The notes beneath the pieces are model-generated. The model did no database searches. It was not told where the DNA came from and worked only from the letters and a program-made list of their open reading frames with translations. Shown piece by piece: positions 59,261 to 64,000 of a stretch of DNA of 64,000 nt. Numbering within the stretch: position 1 is the first letter of the stretch; the number at the start of each line of letters is the position of its first letter. A program made the position numbers and the translations under genes. The stretch comes from Octopus sinensis (taxonomy: Eukaryota): NCBI RefSeq assembly GCF_006345805.1, contig NC_043012.1:14694001-14758000 (forward strand), in the 5' to 3' direction.

Positions 59261-59613
59261 CTAGGGTTTTTCTCTTTCAGGGAGCGAACGTTTCCAACCT
59301 TCTACTTTCACTCCCCTCTACTTTCAAACAAATAACCAATCAATCAACCTTTATATTAATAATGACGATACTTATTATTACATTATACTCGCCAACTATA
59401 TTTTTTAATATAAAATACGATTTTTTTTCAAAATCCTTGAATTTTTATCATATTTTTTCATATTTTTTACCTATTTTTTCCTATCCATTACCGAGACATA
59501 ATCAATAGTTCGAACTTAGTCTTAAAACTAATCACACTTCATTTTCATGAACATAATGGTTATTATACAAATATAACCTCCTAAGTATATTTTCTATAAA
59601 TATAGTCTTTTAC

Positions 59614-59823
59614 TCTTTAACTTGTTTCAGTCATCTGACTGAGGCCATGCTGGAGCACCGCCTTTAGTTGAGCAAATCGACCCCAGGACTTATTCTTTGT
59701 AAGCTTTATTCTATCGGTCTCTCTTGCCGAACCGCTAAGTTACGGGGACGTAAACACACCAGCATCAGTTGTCAAGCGATGTTGGAGGGACAAACACAGG
59801 CACACAAACATACATACACACAC

Positions 59824-59858
<35 letters not shown>

Positions 59859-60022
59859 CAACGGGCTTCTTTTCAGTTTCCGTCTACCAAATCCACTCAC
59901 AAGGCTTTGGTGGGCCCGGGGCTATAGCAGAAGACACTTGCCCAAGATGCCACGCAGTGGAACTGAACCCGGAACCATGTGGTTGGTAAGCAAGATACTT
60001 ACCACACAGCCACTCCTATGCC
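59614..60022 (-). mobile_element. SINE family B, full-length copy
   Basis: Aligns with 46710-47095. Confidence 0.88.
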
Positions 60023-60119
60023 TATATATAAATATTTTTTTAAAGCTTTGAATTTTCCTTTTATTTTACACACATGTTTTCCTATAAGTAATTGAATAGA
60101 TGATCAACCGTCTTCGTGT

Positions 60120-60510
60120 CGTAAGAAGTTTGCTTCCCAACTACATGGTTTTGGGTTCAGTCCCACAGCATGGCACCGTGGGTAAATATCTTCTACTATA
60201 GTGCCAGGCCGACCAAAGCTTTGGTTGATGAAAACTGAAAGAAGCCCAATGTATAAAAATATATGTATAACATATACATGTATTTTTATCCATACACGTA
60301 CATAAAAATATATATATATCTATGTGTTAGTGCCTGACCCCACCATCACTTGACAACTGGTGTTGGTTTGTTTACATCCCCATAATTTTGTAGTTTGACA
60401 ACAGTGACTGACAAGGCTTTTAAAAAAACAAGTACTGGGTTCAATTCATTCAACTAAAAAACTCTTTTAGGCAGTGCCCCAGCATGGCCGCAGTCTAATG
60501 GCTGAAACAC
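60120..60510 (+). mobile_element. SINE family B, older copy
   Basis: Degenerate match; inverted relative to the adjacent 59614-60022 copy. Confidence 0.78.
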
Positions 60511-60904
60511 AAAAGATAAAATATATTACAATCAAATAAAAAAAAAAATTTTATTTTTGAAGTCAATTTCTTGTTAGTTTCTCCCATAATTTTATCTTCC
60601 CAAAATTTCCAGAAACCCAGTTTTTCTCCTTGTTTTGTGTGGGGAGTGTTTCTGCCATATTAGAGAGTACAAAATTCATTGACTTGACTTTTTCAGATTT
60701 AAATACAATGGAGTATAAAACAGACCACTGCATATGCCACATGGTCACAGCTGATGAGAAAGTATCTCAGAGATGGGGCCTGACTGGGACACTGCTGAGA
60801 GGGTTGTCCTAGAACGCAGTGACATAGCTAATAGGGAAGCACATTTTTTTAAATTAGCTTCTTTTTTTTTTTGTCCCTTGTTAATTACATGACCTTGGAA
60901 GAAC

Positions 60905-61325
60905 TTTCTGAGTATGATCGTTACCAGCGTCGCTTTACTGGCCCTTGTGCATGTGCTAGTAGGGTGCCAATCCGAGCGTGATCGTTGCCAGAGCAGCCAA
61001 CTGGCTTCCGTACCCATGGCACGTAAAAGAGCACCATTCAAGCGTGATCGTTACCAATGTCGCTTCACTGGCACCTGTGCCGGTTACATGTGTAAAAAGA
61101 TTCGAGCGAGGTCATCGCCAGTATTGCCTGACTGGCCCTCGTGCCGGTGGCACATAAAAGCACCCACTACACTCTCGGAGTGGTTGGCATTAGGAAGGGC
61201 ATCCAGCTGTAGAAACTCTGCCAGATCAGATTGGAGTCTGGTGCAGCCATCTGGTTCGCCAGTCCTCAGTCAAAATCATCCAACCCATGCTAGCATGGAA
61301 GGCGGATGTTAAACGATGATGATGA
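60905..61325 (+). mobile_element. Non-autonomous RTE-tailed element
   Basis: Same family as 32700-33165. Confidence 0.8.
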
Positions 61326-61998
61326 TTACTTCATTTGACTAATCTCCTGTGTTTTTGAACTGTCTGCTCCTATGATGTGTTGATGGCCACTGACATCTGA
61401 AGAACCAAACGAACTTGGCATCAAAACCTCTCAACACAATCCTATGGCGATTCATCTTTTTTTTGTGTGTGTCACACCTACATTAGTAGTTGTAAGTTTC
61501 ATTCATAATGACATTGTTACTAAAACATAAAATTAATGAACGTAAAATACAATTATGTGTACTATAACTAATGAAATATTTCACATAATATAAGAGAAAT
61601 CAGTTAAAAATTGTTTGATACATGTCACAGCGCCCTTTTTTTATGTGGTCGCTCCCCCTAACTTTAGAACCTGGCTATGCCTCTGCTGGGAAGACCCAAG
61701 CAAATACCAACAAATGGTGGGTGCAGAGATATGCTGCAATGGCACAAGACCCTATTCCTAATTTACCTGACCTCATCATATAGATCTAAGTTCAATGAAA
61801 CTATTACTCTAGCCTATGGTTGTCGACAATCATTTTCATTACAATTCCACTCAGGAATATTAAAATTTCACTGACTTAAAGCACTTCATACAAACTTCTA
61901 GATACAGTTTTATAATCTCTGCTCTATATATTACATTTCTTTTGCATCTAGAAATAATATAACAGACTTACCTGTGTATAAGTCACAATCATGTTTAA

Positions 61999-62219
61999 CC
62001 CTTTAGTATTCAGAGTAATTTGTCAAAAGTAATCCTTATTTATTGACATTTTAAAAAATTAATTTGGTATTATCTCATGACTTCAAGAATTGAAAGATAT
62101 AATTGTTTATTTTTAGAATTGACATTGCAGGGTAGCAGTGAGATGCTGGTTCTGGCCAGTTTGAGCATAAAATAGGTAAAATATTTCGGCTGGATAGAGC
62201 CGGTTTAAACACTAAAGGG
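61999..62219. mobile_element. 221-bp piggyBac-like MITE
   Basis: TTAA|CCCTTTAGT...ACTAAAGGG|TTAA; a related decayed copy starts at 39695. Confidence 0.8.
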
Positions 62220-62908
62220 TTAAGTCGCATCTCTAATTTAATATTAAATCTTGGTATAATTTTTTTTCTCTTCATAGTTTTAGCTTTGCCCCATATACAA
62301 GTCACCAAGTTTAATGTTAAATCTTGGTACAAATTTTTTTCCCTTTATAGTTCCAGCTTTACTCCAAGTGTAAGTTATACCCCAGTTTGTATAAAATAGT
62401 ATGACTTATAGATGAGTAAATACAGTAAAATGATGAGGCCACACAGCAGTGGACAAAATGAATATTTTATACAATTACATTTCAAACTTAACTTTTCATA
62501 ATCATTTTCCACTGAAGTCAATTGGCTCAGTTGAACTTGTCCACTACCTTTTCGCAATCCACCATGCTGCAGTCCCATAACTTTGTTGTATCCCTGGCAG
62601 GGTAGCTAAGCAGGTTCCATGCCTTGCCAAAGAGCAGCCTGTAACTATGCTGGGCATTGTTGTCCCTCCATGAAGTGTTTTCAAAATACCCACATACCCT
62701 TGTCTGAGTATGTGTGTGTGTGTATGTGTGCTTTGCAACTATGTACCATGTTTGTATGTATGGCTGTGTATGTCCATATGTATTCTTCTCTGAATAATGT
62801 ATAGTCTATTGACTTAATTTTTCTTCTCACTAGACCACTGGTAACAAAGATTTTTTCTATAAATATTTTTGCTACCCTAAGATTTTTTAATATATATATA
62901 AATATATA

Positions 62909-62954
<46 letters not shown>

Positions 62955-62958
62955 CATT

Positions 62959-62989
<31 letters not shown>

Positions 62990-63012
62990 ATATGTATATA
63001 TATATATATATC

Positions 63013-63247
63013 AAGAATGTAGTTGTGTAAAGCTGGAACAATGCGAGAAGGTAAAAGGTAAATTACAAAATGAAAAGAAAACAGAATAAAGTTGCTGTTT
63101 TACTTCGTATTTCTGTATTTTGGGGTGAAGACCCCCTTCTTCAGGACATTCAGAAAAGTGGTGGTTGGAAGAAGTTTGTTTGCTTTTCATTTTGTAGTTT
63201 ACTTTGTACCTTCTTGCATTGTCCCAGCTTTACACAACTACATTCTT
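63013..63247. mobile_element. Fold-back element: 65-bp inverted arms 63013-63077 / 63183-63247 with a decayed hammerhead-like motif in the loop
   Basis: Direct comparison of the arms; loop on minus contains CUGAAGA-A-GGGG...CCCC. Confidence 0.7.
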
Positions 63248-63286
63248 TAAAGTTATACCCCACAATGCTTCACAAAAACTACCTCA

Positions 63287-63318
<32 letters not shown>

Positions 63319-63322
<4 letters not shown>

Positions 63323-63544
63323 TGCAGCGTGGAAGGTGTTTGTAAGCCATTTAAGAAACACACAAAAGCCATTCAATTCACTTCAACATTTAAGTTTAAT
63401 TTGTCAAAATATTTTTGTCAGTGAACAGGTCGCGGATTTTAGCGACGAAAATATTTTGACAAATTAAACTTAAATGTTGAAGTGAATCGAACAGCTTTTG
63501 TGTGTTTCTTAAATGGCTTACAAACACCTTCCACACTGCAATTG
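63319..63544. mobile_element. Fold-back element: 101-bp inverted arms 63319-63419 / 63444-63544, 24-bp spacer
   Basis: Near-perfect inverted repeat, preceded by (TA)n. Confidence 0.85.
63414..63463 (+). ncRNA. Minimal hammerhead-like motif with G3-C8 swapped core at the apex of a long hairpin
   Basis: UUUGUCA-GUGAACA-G-GUCGC(GGAUUUUA)GCGAC-GAA-AAUAUU-U-UGACAAA. Confidence 0.55.
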
Positions 63545-63630
63545 TTTTCGTTCCAGCACACGATTTCAGATCAAATCACTTGCTATGCGAGTACATCTCC
63601 GTAAATATAATATATATATATATATTATAT

Positions 63631-63665
<35 letters not shown>

Positions 63666-63669
63666 GTTA

Positions 63670-63860
63670 ATCCAAACATGAAAACACAAAGAGAAAACAG
63701 AACAACGCGAGGACGTGGAACAAGTATAGTGTTATTGGACGCTCAGGAAAGGAAAGAAAGGAGGACTTAACGTTTCGAGCGGAGCTCTTCGTCAGAAATA
63801 TAGGAAAAGGAAAGGTCCAAGGAAGGGAAGAAGGAGGGGAAAAAATCGCCAATGATACAC
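63670..63860 (-). mobile_element. Short hammerhead-bearing element between (TA)n tracts; same family as about 19510-19690 (-) and about 28140-28290 (+)
   Basis: Shared ...GAAGAGC..GCTCGAAACGT.AA.G...TTCCTGAGCG.. sequence in three copies. Confidence 0.6.
63765..63799 (-). ncRNA. Minimal type I hammerhead ribozyme motif, canonical core
   Basis: Minus strand AUUU-CUGACGA-A-GAGC(UCC)GCUC-GAA-ACGU-U-AAGU: stems I and II, palindromic stem III ACGU, GUU site. Confidence 0.7.
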
Positions 63861-63919
63861 ATATAGTATATATATATACATACATGTATATATATATATA
63901 TAATATATATATATGTATG

Positions 63920-63989
<70 letters not shown>

Positions 63990-64000
63990 ATATATCTATA

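Noticed and set aside
59190-59264. ATGGCGGCC as the start codon of a + strand gene
   Set aside because: The ORF closes after 24 codons with no good donor; better explained as a YY1 element.

Overview
AT-rich, microsatellite- and SINE-dense metazoan genomic DNA. The SINE families, RTE LINE tail and TA/TATG arrays point to an octopus genome (inferred from repeat content, not from a search). Two spliced minus-strand genes were reconstructed by hand, with all GT-AG junctions in phase. (1) A complete 14-coding-exon ZC3H4/ZC3H6 (Suppressor of sable-like, Restrictor subunit) gene at 50336->30053, 3903 nt, 1300 aa, with three CCCH fingers, tandem EDGEI motifs, ten DPR motifs and the conserved DPTASPFC C-terminus. 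(2) The first three coding exons of CCDC81 at 15993->2516; the rest runs off the left edge. About 9.8 kb upstream of ZC3H4 (49830-59610) has no recognisable transposon but carries several CpG-bearing promoter-like islands (ETS, YY1, tandem CRE) and a speculative divergent spliced small ORF. The remainder holds tRNA-derived SINEs of three families, RTE-tailed non-autonomous elements, an RTE RT remnant, a maT/mariner remnant, a gag-like ORF1 remnant, Helitron/Helentron derivatives, and piggyBac- and Merlin-like MITEs. The most striking unannotated signal is a set of about nine short elements carrying minimal type I hammerhead-ribozyme motifs with palindromic stem III. Several lie in or beside long fold-back inverted repeats, and one has a compensatory G3-C8 core swap. 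They are probably non-autonomous Penelope-like derivatives. SINE coordinates are approximate (+/- about 20 bp); exon and ribozyme coordinates were counted base by base.
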